A stretch of DNA of 64,000 bases, taken from Octopus vulgaris. Its lineage: Eukaryota. The stretch covers positions 18,290,001-18,354,000 of the forward strand of contig OX597834.1 in NCBI GenBank assembly GCA_951406725.2. The letters run 5' to 3'. Position numbers and translations under genes: made by a program. A model generated the notes under the pieces. That model did no database searches. It had not been told where the DNA came from and was given only the letters and a program-made list of their open reading frames with translations. Below, in pieces: positions 53,461 to 64,000 of this stretch (positions are counted from its first letter, which is position 1; every line of letters begins with the position of its first letter).

Positions 53461-53591
53461 AATAGTGTCCAAAGAATGACTGTAATATGAAGCATCATAA
53501 AATGTCTTTTCCAGGTGGTGCCAATTCTGACCGAAATCTTATGTAAGTGCGCGTGCGCACGCTCTCTCTCTCTCTCTCTCTCACTCACTCG

Positions 53592-53637
<46 letters not shown>

Positions 53638-53800
53638 AACTCAATCATAGACCAGCTTCCAGGCATACAGCGACATCAAAACAAAGAAAATAAACGATTG
53701 TGGTGTGCTTCAGCATAGTCGCAGTCCTACGACTGAAATAGCTAAAGAGAAAAGAAGAAAAAAGAAATATTTATGTATGTGTGTCTACACGGAGAGAGAG

Positions 53801-53873
<73 letters not shown>

Positions 53874-55187
53874 GAGAGAGAAATGAGAGAGAGAGAAAGA
53901 AATCTTGCAAATAAATGCCGAGTCCAGTTTATAAGGAAAAGAATGAGATAAAGTAAGAAACGCGTCCGAAAGAGAGGGAGATAAAGAAAAGAGAGGGCGC
54001 GACATACTACGAGGAATCGATAAAGTAAGCCTCTCCCTACCACCTGTTCCCTGTAAAATAAACTTGACCCATATTATAGGGTATAGTTAAAACAGAGGCC
54101 CCTTACTACATTACTGTAATCAATAACAGTCCGGCAAAGTGTTCGCTATACACGCGCATTTCATAGATGTCACATTTAGAAGTCTTCTTTTTCATGTAGT
54201 AAATCCTGATGAAATAAACATGTACGCACGCACGCACACATACACGCACATACACATACACGCACACACACATACACGCACATACACATACACGCACACA
54301 CACATACACGCACATACACATACACACGCACACACACGCAACACACTTTCTCTCTTAGTTTCTCTCGTTCACTCTCTTGTATTTTTGCTTTTCTTGTTTA
54401 CTTGTACACATTCTCTATTCTCCCCCTTCTTTCTGTTGCCCTTTTATATTTCTCCAGTCTTTCTTATACTATCACAATTTCTTACTCCATCTTTTGGTTG
54501 CTGAGACCTTTCACTTGTGATGTCTTTATATTGCGACCAAAATAAATAAACGTGTAAATAAAATATCAATTCTGGCCTTAATTTTACAAAGGAATAACTT
54601 GCAGTTAAAGGAAGATCTGAGAGGAAAGGGGTTAACAGAAGTTATAGCCAGGAATGTGGTTGCAAGAAAAACCAAAGAACCGAAGACGCGTCAGTGCTGA
54701 TAATTAATTTAAAAGTAAAATTCCATCCACCCCCTCTCGTAGCTCACCTCTTTCTATGAGCTCTTTTTTGTTGTTGTTTTTTTGTAGTCCTTTTCTCTCT
54801 TTAAACACTTCTTACACTCCTTTTCTACTTTCCCTCTTCTTGTAAATCTCCCCCATCTCTCATTGACATTACAGACCTGATATTAGTTTCCATATCTCTT
54901 TATTTTACCTTCTATAAAATTAAACACGCGCACACACTCCCTTACAAACAATCAAATATTACAGTTTTCCAACGAAAGAAGGAAGAAGTATTCAATATCA
55001 TGGAATTTCATGCAATGAAGTTTTAAATGAAAAAGTTATGAGTGTTTGTTTCTCAAATTTGAGGGTGATAATATAGTTCTATACTTTTTAATGAACGTAG
55101 TTCTATAAAGGAACTTTTAATATCTGTCAAAGGTGTCATTGACGTCAGGAAAAAATTACTAATGACACCGCTAATTGACGTATTATT

Positions 55188-55575
55188 CTTTTCTACACTA
55201 GACACAAGGCCCGACATTTTTGGGTAGGGAGTCAGTCGATTAGATCGACTCCAGTACGCAACTGGTACTTAATTTATCGACCTCGAAAGGATGAAACGCA
55301 AAGTTGACCTCGGCGCGCTAAGCATTCCGCCTGGCCTGCTAACGTTTCTTACTTCTTTATTGCCCACAAGGGGGTTAAACATAGAGGGGACAAACAAGGT
55401 CAAAGGGATTAAGTCGATTACATCGACTCCAGTGCGTAACTGGTACTTATTTAATCGACCCTGAAAGGATGAAAGGCAAAGTCGACCTCGGCGGAATTTG
55501 AACTCAGAACGTAGCGGCAGACGAAATACTACTAAGCATTTCGCCCGGCGTGCTAACGTTTCTGCCAGCACGCCG
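55188..55575 (-). mobile_element. Meta-domain SINE dimer (different junction)
   Basis: Two core copies; flanked by ttgacgtattatt at both ends (probable TSD). Confidence 0.85.
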
Positions 55576-56175
55576 TCTTACATTTGACGTATTATTAATT
55601 AGCATAATAGCAAAGCCTGCAAAAACATGGATTACTTGGAAAAATGCGAGCAAGAGAAATAATATTCTCAAGGTTTATAAACCTGGAATATTACAGGACA
55701 AGTTATTACACTTGGAAAAGTTCAGGACAACTTATTACATCTGGTAAAGTACAGAACAAGAACATTTTTACTTAAAATATTGCAGCTAAGGATAAAATTT
55801 GAATATTAAAAATTATTTGATTTTAATTTACAAAGTAACATTATAATTAAAAAAAGGTACCATGATTTTGTTAAAATATTGACACACTAGAATACTTAAA
55901 GGAGAGCCAGAAGTACCAATATAACTAAAGTTTTATGCAAAGCAGAATAGTATATATGGTAGGCAAATAAATTATGTGAAAATAGGCACTGGGTCACGAC
56001 TAAAAATGTGAAGTCTTGCCAATAACTTAGGCAATAACTCAAGCAAATTTTATTGCAAATTTGTTGTTATAGGTAGATTTTGCTGTAATATATAACTAAC
56101 TTTTGCATTATTCTATTTATTGTACTAATTAATTATGTATTATTACTATTTTTTATAACCTATTTTATCCCAAAT

Positions 56176-56821
56176 GGATCTTTACCTTTTGACCTACAAA
56201 TTTTAAAAATAATTTTTTATAACTAAACACTTTCAAACTTCGGACACTGGTACAATGCGTCATATAAAACATCTTTTACTCTTAGCATTTTTGAGAGAAA
56301 ACTTATATTTACGAAGTTATTTTACGTTAAAGTTCTCGTATTTCGGTAATTTCAACCAATCAATGACGTGTATTCAGCTGAATAAAATTACTGCCGTTGT
56401 TTGTTAACGACAACTATCGGCGATGTATATTTCGTTTGTCACTGTTATTTATGACATCGTTCGTGCGTTTGTACTGGTTTTAAGGTTTTAGAGTTAGTTT
56501 TAGGGTTAGGGTTAGGGTTAAGGTTTTAGGGTTAGGTTAGGGTTGTCATAGACAACAGTGACAAACGAAATATACACCGCCGGAAGTTCTTGTTGATAAA
56601 CAACGGCAGTAATTTCATTCAGCTGAATACACGTCATTGATTGGTTGAAATAACCGAAATACGAAAACTTTAACATGAAATAACTTCGTAAATATGTTTT
56701 ACTCAAAAATGCTAAGAATAAAAGATGTTTTATATGACACTTTCTACCAGTGTCCGAAGTTTGAAAGTGTTTAGTTACAAAAAAATATTTTTTAAATCTG
56801 TAGGTCAAAAGGTAAATATCC
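56176..56821. mobile_element. Foldback/MITE with ~280 bp TIRs and a central (TTAGGG)n tract
   Basis: GGATCTTTACCTTTTGACCTAC...GTAGGTCAAAAGGTAAATATCC. Flanks tcccaaat and tttcaaat suggest a decayed 8-bp TSD. Confidence 0.9.
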
Positions 56822-56929
56822 TTTCAAATTTCTAATTATTAATTAAATAATTTAAAGAATGAATTTTTTTAAAGTGCAAAGAATATTTTGAGTTATTTTT
56901 CATTTTTAATAGAAGTAAAAAGCAGTAAT

Positions 56930-57230
56930 GTGAGGCATATTGCCTAGTGGTTAGAGCAGCGGACTCGCGATCGGGGGATCGCGGTTCGAATCTTAGACCG
57001 AGCGATGTGTGTGTTTACGAGCGAAACACCCAAGATCTACACAGCTCGGTCAGAAGGTAATGACGAACTTCTGCTGACTCTTTCACCACAACTTTTCCTC
57101 TCTCTTTCCTCCTGGATCTAGCATTTCACCTGCGATGGACCGGCGTCCCGTCCAGGTGGGGAAGCTATACGCCAATGGAATCGGGAAACCGGCCCTTATG
57201 AGACAGATATGGTTCGAGAAGGAACAAATA
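56930..57230 (+). mobile_element. tRNA-headed SINE (fourth family)
   Basis: tgcctagtggttagagcagcggactcgcgatc...ggttcgaatc head and cgtcccgtccaggtgggg block. Confidence 0.8.
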
Positions 57231-57485
57231 GAAGTAATAACTTCTAATAAAATATTTAGTCATAATAAAAGCTAATATTTTCCAAATCTAAATATTTTAT
57301 TTGAATTCTTATCCTTAGCTGCAATATTTCCAGTGAGAATTTTTTGTTCTGTACTTTACCAGATGTAATAAGTTGTCCCGAACCCTTCCAAGTGTAATAA
57401 CTTGTCTTGTAATTTTCTAGGTTTATAATCTTAAGAATATTATTTCTCTTGCTCGCATTTTCCCATGTGATATATACATTGCTAT

Positions 57486-57880
57486 ATACAGGGGTAGGAT
57501 AAAATAATGGAAACACCTTTAAATTTCAAACAAGTTTATTTTAATATGGGGTAGGACCGCCTTTGGCAATAATTACAGCTTGAATTCTACGAGGTATGGA
57601 CTCGTACAAAGTTTGAATTGTTCCCAAAGGAATTTTTGTCCATTCTTCAACTAAAACAGTCTCCAGTTCCTGTAGTGATGATGGTGGAGGATATCGACTC
57701 CTTACTTGTTTTTCTAAAATGTTCAATAATAAATGAGATCTGGGGACTGTGGCGGTCAGATAAGATGTTCAACTTCACTAGAATGTTCCTCGTGCCATTT
57801 AGTAACAGATTTAGCTGTGTGAATTGATGCATTATCATCCTGAAAGATTGCGTTTCCCTCCGGAAACAGTTCGGCAACCA
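57486..57880 (-). mobile_element. Tc1 (DD34E) 3' fragment with TIR
   Basis: QELETVLVEEWTKIP..QTLYESIPRRIQAVIIAKGGPTPY*; TIR tacaggggtaggataaaataatggaaacacc. Confidence 0.85.
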
Positions 57881-57927
<47 letters not shown>

Positions 57928-57967
57928 CCTGCCTTCGTCTTTTGTCTATTTTCATAAAGCTTCCCGT

Positions 57968-58035
<68 letters not shown>

Positions 58036-58990
58036 TTCTTTTATCTTTTCATTTACTTGTTTCAGTTATTAGACTGCGGCCATGCTGAAGCACCAAAGAA
58101 TTTTAGTCGAGCGAATCGTCCTCAGTACTTATTTTTTAAAGTTGTGGTTCTTAAATATACTAGTTCTTAAGTTTACTAGTAAACAAGCATAAAAACATCT
58201 ACATTCACTTATATTTACGCGTACCCTTGCATACACACGTATACACATAAACACGCACACATACACTATTACTGTTTCATATGTACACATGAATAATATG
58301 TTAGTTTGTTAGAGAGGAGAAAGAGGAAGAGGTGTGAGAGAGAGGAAGAAGGAATATGAGGGTGAGTGAGAGAGCAGACAGCCAACCGATGCATTATGCT
58401 GTTACTCATGTGGTTAGTGGACCTGAGAAGTAAAGAAAAAGAGAGAAATGTTAAGCACATGAAGAGAGGAATTACATGCTTAAAAAGTTTGTTGAGGAGG
58501 TAAAGAGAAAGAGTGAAAAATAAAGTGCTTAGCAGAGGGAAATTTTCAAATCATATATAATATATTATTGTGACTGGAAGTGCACAAACCATCCTTACTT
58601 TCTTAAATAGCTTTTCTTAATCGTTTTCGTTTCGAGGGTTCCACTTGTGTACAGACACACACACTAGCTAAGTAACCCGTCGTTGACTGAGATTTTCATT
58701 TTTTTTACCACACCCTTGCAAATGATGGGGACTGTGGCGGTCAGATAAGATGTTCAACTTCATTTATGAAACCCCGTTCCTTCGTGCCGATTTAGTAACA
58801 GATTTAGCTGTGTGACATTGATGCACTTAAAAACAATGAGAGACGCCTTTTTTGGTAGAAAAAAAAAAAAAATGAAAATTTTATGAATCGTTTCAAACCC
58901 CCCTCCTTCACTCACTACTGATTTTGGTCATTTTGTTTATGCACCACACACTTAAAAACGATGGTAGAAACCTTGAAGGTTAAAATACAA

Positions 58991-59037
<47 letters not shown>

Positions 59038-59058
59038 AAATGAAACGTAAATTCACTA

Positions 59059-59483
59059 CTCTTACTCTCTTTTTTACTCTTTTACTTGTTTCAGTCATTT
59101 GACTGCGGCCATGCTGGAGCACCGCCTTTAGTCGAGTAAAATCGACCCCGGGACTTATTCTTTGTAAGCCCAGTACTTATTCTATCAGTCTCTTTTTGCC
59201 GAACCGCTAAGTGACGGGGACGTAAACACACCAGCATCGGTTGTCAAGCAATGCTAGAGGGACAAACACAGACACACAAACATATACATACACATACATA
59301 CATATATATACATATATACGACAGGCTTCTTTCAGTTTCCGTCTACCAAATCCACTAACAAGGCATTGGTCGGCCCGAGGCTATAGCAGAAGACACTTGC
59401 CCAAGATGTCACGCAGTGAGATTGAACCCAGAACCATGTGGTTGGTAGGCAAGCTACTTACCACACAGCCACTCCTGCGCCTA
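59059..59483 (-). mobile_element. Full-length SINE family A
   Basis: Reverse complement of 6286-6685. Confidence 0.9.
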
Positions 59484-60069
59484 CGTGAAACTAGTGAAAT
59501 TTAAAAAAAGTTTCTCATTAACCCCTCCCACCCATGAATTCTAAAACTTTGGCATTTTTTTGAAGTTCTTTTTAACCAATTTGTTTCTGTTTATAATTCG
59601 AAGATAATTTTCAAACGGAAAGGTGTGTCATTTAAGGGAGATTTAGCTGTTATTTCTAGCACATCTCACGACCACCGGGTACATTCCTCGTTTCTTTGTT
59701 ACTTTAACATGTATGGATGCTTTTCAATATTTTTCTCCGCTCAGACACATTTTAGGGAATAACGATGCGGAGGTCCATTGTTGGGATTTGAGCAACAACA
59801 AAAAAGTTTTGTAATTAAAATTTTTAACCCCCCACCCCCACCCCGTTCCAAGCGAGTTCGTGTGTGTGTGTGCGTGTGTGTGTGTGTGTGTGTGTGCGCG
59901 TCATCTTTGTTACAACTAACTCTCACTGGGAATTACTTAAAAAATATGCGTGTACGTGGAATACTCAGCCACTTTTTTTTTACACTTTAATCGAATGAAC
60001 ACAAAGTTTGCATTGAAACGGAATTTCATTTATTCATTTTTATATGAACGCATACGCGCGCATGTACGT

Positions 60070-60115
<46 letters not shown>

Positions 60116-60411
60116 ACTCTCTCTCTCTCTAACACACACTTTTATGTAATTGGTTTTTTTGTCTCGATAGTAGGCCATTTTCCTTTCTGTCGTTGTTCCT
60201 TTTCTTTCTTTATTTATATTTAAACTGACTCAACTCCACTGTAATACTGGTACTTATGGAACTTATTTTATCGAACCCAAAGGGATTAGGATTCATAGCA
60301 GTGAAGCAGAAAACCAGATGACGCACGTCGTCTAGTTCCTTGCGCTATCGTTTGCTGCATAACGGCAGTATATATACATTAATACATACATACAAGCATA
60401 CATATATACTT

Positions 60412-60412
60412 G

Positions 60413-60481
<69 letters not shown>

Positions 60482-60592
60482 ACACACACACACACACATG
60501 CAGGCGCACACTCACTAGCACTCACCCACGCTCACACATACGCACACAGGCGCGGGACGCACCAGCTACACATACATATTTGTACACACACA

Positions 60593-60655
<63 letters not shown>

Positions 60656-60700
60656 ACACACACACACACACATTAACATACACGCTTCACACACATACAT
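60412..60700. repeat. (CA)n-rich microsatellite
   Basis: Seen directly in the sequence. Confidence 0.95.
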
Positions 60701-61894
60701 GCATATAAGCACACATACATTCGTACGCACATTCTATCTTTCACGTCTATTGGTAAACGCTTGGCACACTTCATTTCCGACGATAACGCCTGCTAATCAA
60801 TCTCTGAAGACAATTTATCCTGATGGCACACTGGAAATACTGTATTTATTGGGTGATCATCTAAAAGAGTGGGTGGGGTGAAAATGTGTCTGCGTGCGCG
60901 TACGTGCATATGTGTGTATGTGTGTGCACGCGCGTGCGTGCGTGTTATGGTGGTAGTGGGGGAAACCTTTTATAAATTGCCTATTGAAATGGAATATATA
61001 TATTTTTTTAGCAAAAGCAACAGCATTACAAACAACACCAATAACAGGAACATCGTCATCAACCCCCAACAATAGCAAACAAGAGGAAAAAGCATCCAGT
61101 ACTAATAATATGTTGAGTTGTAAATACAAATAAAACTGAGAAAAATAAGGAAAATGAAGAGTGACTTTTACGTAGATATAAATTAATCGGTGTGGGAGTC
61201 ACTCTGTGGACTTGAAATTTTGCAAGGGGTGGAATGATTAGCAGGGTTAAATGACGACGTATAATAAATTGTTAATGAAAATTAGCTCACGCAAGAATAC
61301 AGAGGAATTCAAATATACAATCCCCGTTGAAGCTGCAATCATAGTCTATCTCACTTCCCCAGTGAAACTACAGTCTATCTCTTTTCCAGCCTCCTGTTTC
61401 AATTCAAATGGAGATTGGGGACAAAGTGATTTGAAGTGGGAGACTTATTAGTTGCCCGGAGGTAAAAAGGGAGCATCTGTAATGAATGCTATTGCAATAG
61501 CAGTTTATGATTGAAGTCAAAAGCTTTTAGATTTAGCTAGATTTTTTTTTTATTTTGATGATATCGGGGAAGTAGAAGCAAGAAATTTATTTTTATTTAT
61601 TTATTCTATGGAGTTTCATGAATATGAATCATTATGGAATGACGAATACCAAACAATTGCTGGATAATGTCAGTTGGTGGGGAAAGAACAACAAAAACTG
61701 TTGTATCAGATTGTAACACGGAATTTAGATCACAAATCCAACCTCAAAACAGGACCAAGTTTACATTTTCTTATTTTTCTTTATACTGCAGTCTTGAAGT
61801 TATACTATAACCTTGAAGCTATGCCTTAACCTTGAAGTTATGCCATATCATAGTTATGATCCAACCTCGGTGTTGTATCACAGCCCTGAATTTG

Positions 61895-62088
61895 TCAGGA
61901 TGTCGGGCAAAATGTTTAGCAGCATTTCGCCCGTCTTTACGTTCTGAGTTCAAATTCCGTCGTGGTCGACTTTGCCTTTCATCCTTTCAGGGATAAAATA
62001 AGTACCAGTTGACCACTGGGGTCGATGTAATAGACTTAACCTCTTTCCTGAAATTGCTGGCCTTGTGCCAAGATTTGAAGCCAATATT
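61895..62088 (+). mobile_element. Meta-domain SINE
   Basis: gttctgagttcaaattcc..gtcgactttgcctttcatccttt..aagtaccagtt. Confidence 0.85.
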
Positions 62089-64000
62089 TATCTTGGTTCA
62101 TTTTTATTCTGATTAAGTTAAAAATCGGCATCTTTTATGTCTCAGAGAATGACAACATAAATACCAACAAAGTAGTATTGTGAGCCGATTCAGTTAACTT
62201 TGTCCCTCTCCTAAAATGTGTGGGTCTTGTGTCAGTGTTAACGGCGGAGTGCGCAATTGTTAGAGCGAATATTCTTTGCGATGTTCAGTTAGAACTCTTT
62301 ATGTTCTGAGTTTAAATCCTTCCGGGGTCAATAATATAAGATGAGAGTAGTGGAGTTGATTCAATCGACAATACCTTTCCCCGCAAATTCGTGACATTGT
62401 GCCAACAAGAGAAATAAGTATTAGAAAATATTTTTTCTGGCAATGAATTTAAGACAGATATTAGAGTCGGTAGGCTTGTGATGATTTGCAGGCGAGAGTA
62501 TATTGAATTTTTTTTTTACTTTCATGATGAAATGTTCCTGTTTGAAACGTTAACCATCACATCATCTCATGGCAGACCAAAACCAATTCTAATTATAAAA
62601 TTGTGAATGCAGACAAGAGTGTCTTTTCTCGTTTCTCCGCAACCTGCTTGACCAGGGGTGTTAACTGATTTCCGGGGAGTTAACTGGATGGAAAACACCT
62701 TTCCTCTAGATAGGTCGCCTATATATCACGGATATTTTTTTCGCGAGTGGAAGTTAAGTTTGGCAGCAATATAAAATCGATGGGTGTTTTGTTATCATAC
62801 AATGTTGACTTTATCTTCTATTGAAGAAATGTTCTCTATTAAGCTGACTTTCCGTAGATGCATTCTATTAGTTTTCAGTGTTTTTCCTACAGTCCGAATT
62901 GATTATAAGAATTAAGCATGTTCAAAGAAGAAACAGAAAAGAATAAAGAAAAAAAAGAGGAAGGGAAAAGGAAAGGAAGCACGTACTAATAGAATATTTA
63001 TTATGAACAAAAAACGAGATACATTCATTTTACAGTAAGAAATCCTGATTGGCCTTAGCAGAGATATCTTTCGAAGGTAGACGTCATTTTTTCATGTCAA
63101 CTGACCTTTATTAAAGTTGATTGGTCGGTTAGTTGCATTTGTTCTAAAGTCGCTTTGAACACGTTCTACAAATGTTTCTCCTTTTTATGGTGTAAGACGA
63201 AGAGTCGCGGAGTGGAGACTTAAAAAGACAGCTTCACACGTTTTTACTATAACCAGTTGACCCAGAACTAAATGCAGAGGGGAATTAGACGTGAAAGTAA
63301 GGCCTCATTTACATAAACAAGCATACGCAATAACATTTTAATTTGCACCCTCATTTGTATCTAATCCATCGTAAATAAATGTCATTTTGTAAAATATACA
63401 CCACTACATACGTGCGCACACACATACGTTATGAAAAGTAGGCGAGAATGGTAAATTGGAGTTTGGATGAAAGGAGAGATCGTTCATTTTTGTATGGGGT
63501 TAGAATCGAAATAGGGAATATTCTTTGAGCAGAGGGCGAGCTTTGGGACCATCCCCCAAACCTATATGAGATTGCCTTCCGCATAGGAAGGTAAGTACTT
63601 CAATGACATGATTGTGCTGCTGCCGTGTAGTATGTCTCTTTTACATCATCAGCCATCGTGTGAAATGTTTTGTAGCTCTGACAATGATATAAACATTTTC
63701 GACCGCATTTTGGGTGCTTAAGGGTTTCCCGCTCACTTTTGTCAAGCAAGTACCTAGTAGTTAAGTAATATATAGAAATACGATGCTCAAAGACTTTTGA
63801 TTAATTTTAAACCTCTTTCTACATCGTTTTTATTGAGATGGTGCCTGTCTTAATCACTGTTTTTGTGGAACCCTCTCGTCAATGTTATTGCGACTGAGGA
63901 TATCAGTGGAATGACTTTTCACCTATAGTCCAGTGAAATATTTCAGATATTGGTACTAGCACTTCAAATCTATTGCGAGATAGTTTCTTGTTCCAAGGAG

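Larger units (their letters stand above)
55631..57471. mobile_element. Old long-TIR element (~190 bp arms) hosting nested insertions
   Basis: 55631-55820 is the reverse complement of 57287-57471; both translate as ITW.NASKRNNILK in the ORF track. Confidence 0.7.

Noticed and set aside
56930-57000. Functional tRNA gene
   Set aside because: The tRNA-like head continues into SINE body sequence, with no proper acceptor stem or terminator.

Overview
AT-rich, microsatellite- and repeat-dense animal DNA. The SINE families and (TTAGGG)n point to a coleoid cephalopod, most likely Octopus (inferred from repeat content, not from a database search). Almost every ORF in the supplied track is microsatellite noise or a transposon relic. 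The window holds several tRNA-headed SINE families, decayed mariner, Tc1, DD37D and hAT transposases, piggyBac-, Tigger- and hAT-type MITEs, RTE and CR1/Jockey LINE fragments, and many copies of a ~200-250 bp (AAC)n-tailed LINE 3' end. Manual splice-site reading gives a phase-consistent minus-strand gene model (exons 25769-~26030, 18034-18187, 153-201, continuing off the left edge) behind a CCAAT-box promoter; the protein is not recognised. The most unusual signals are: a type I hammerhead-ribozyme motif split across both strands by an inversion (50266-50372); two related long-TIR foldback elements with telomeric repeats inside; oppositely oriented LINE-tail clusters flanking exon 2; and a ~17 kb CpG-depleted domain with no confident exon.
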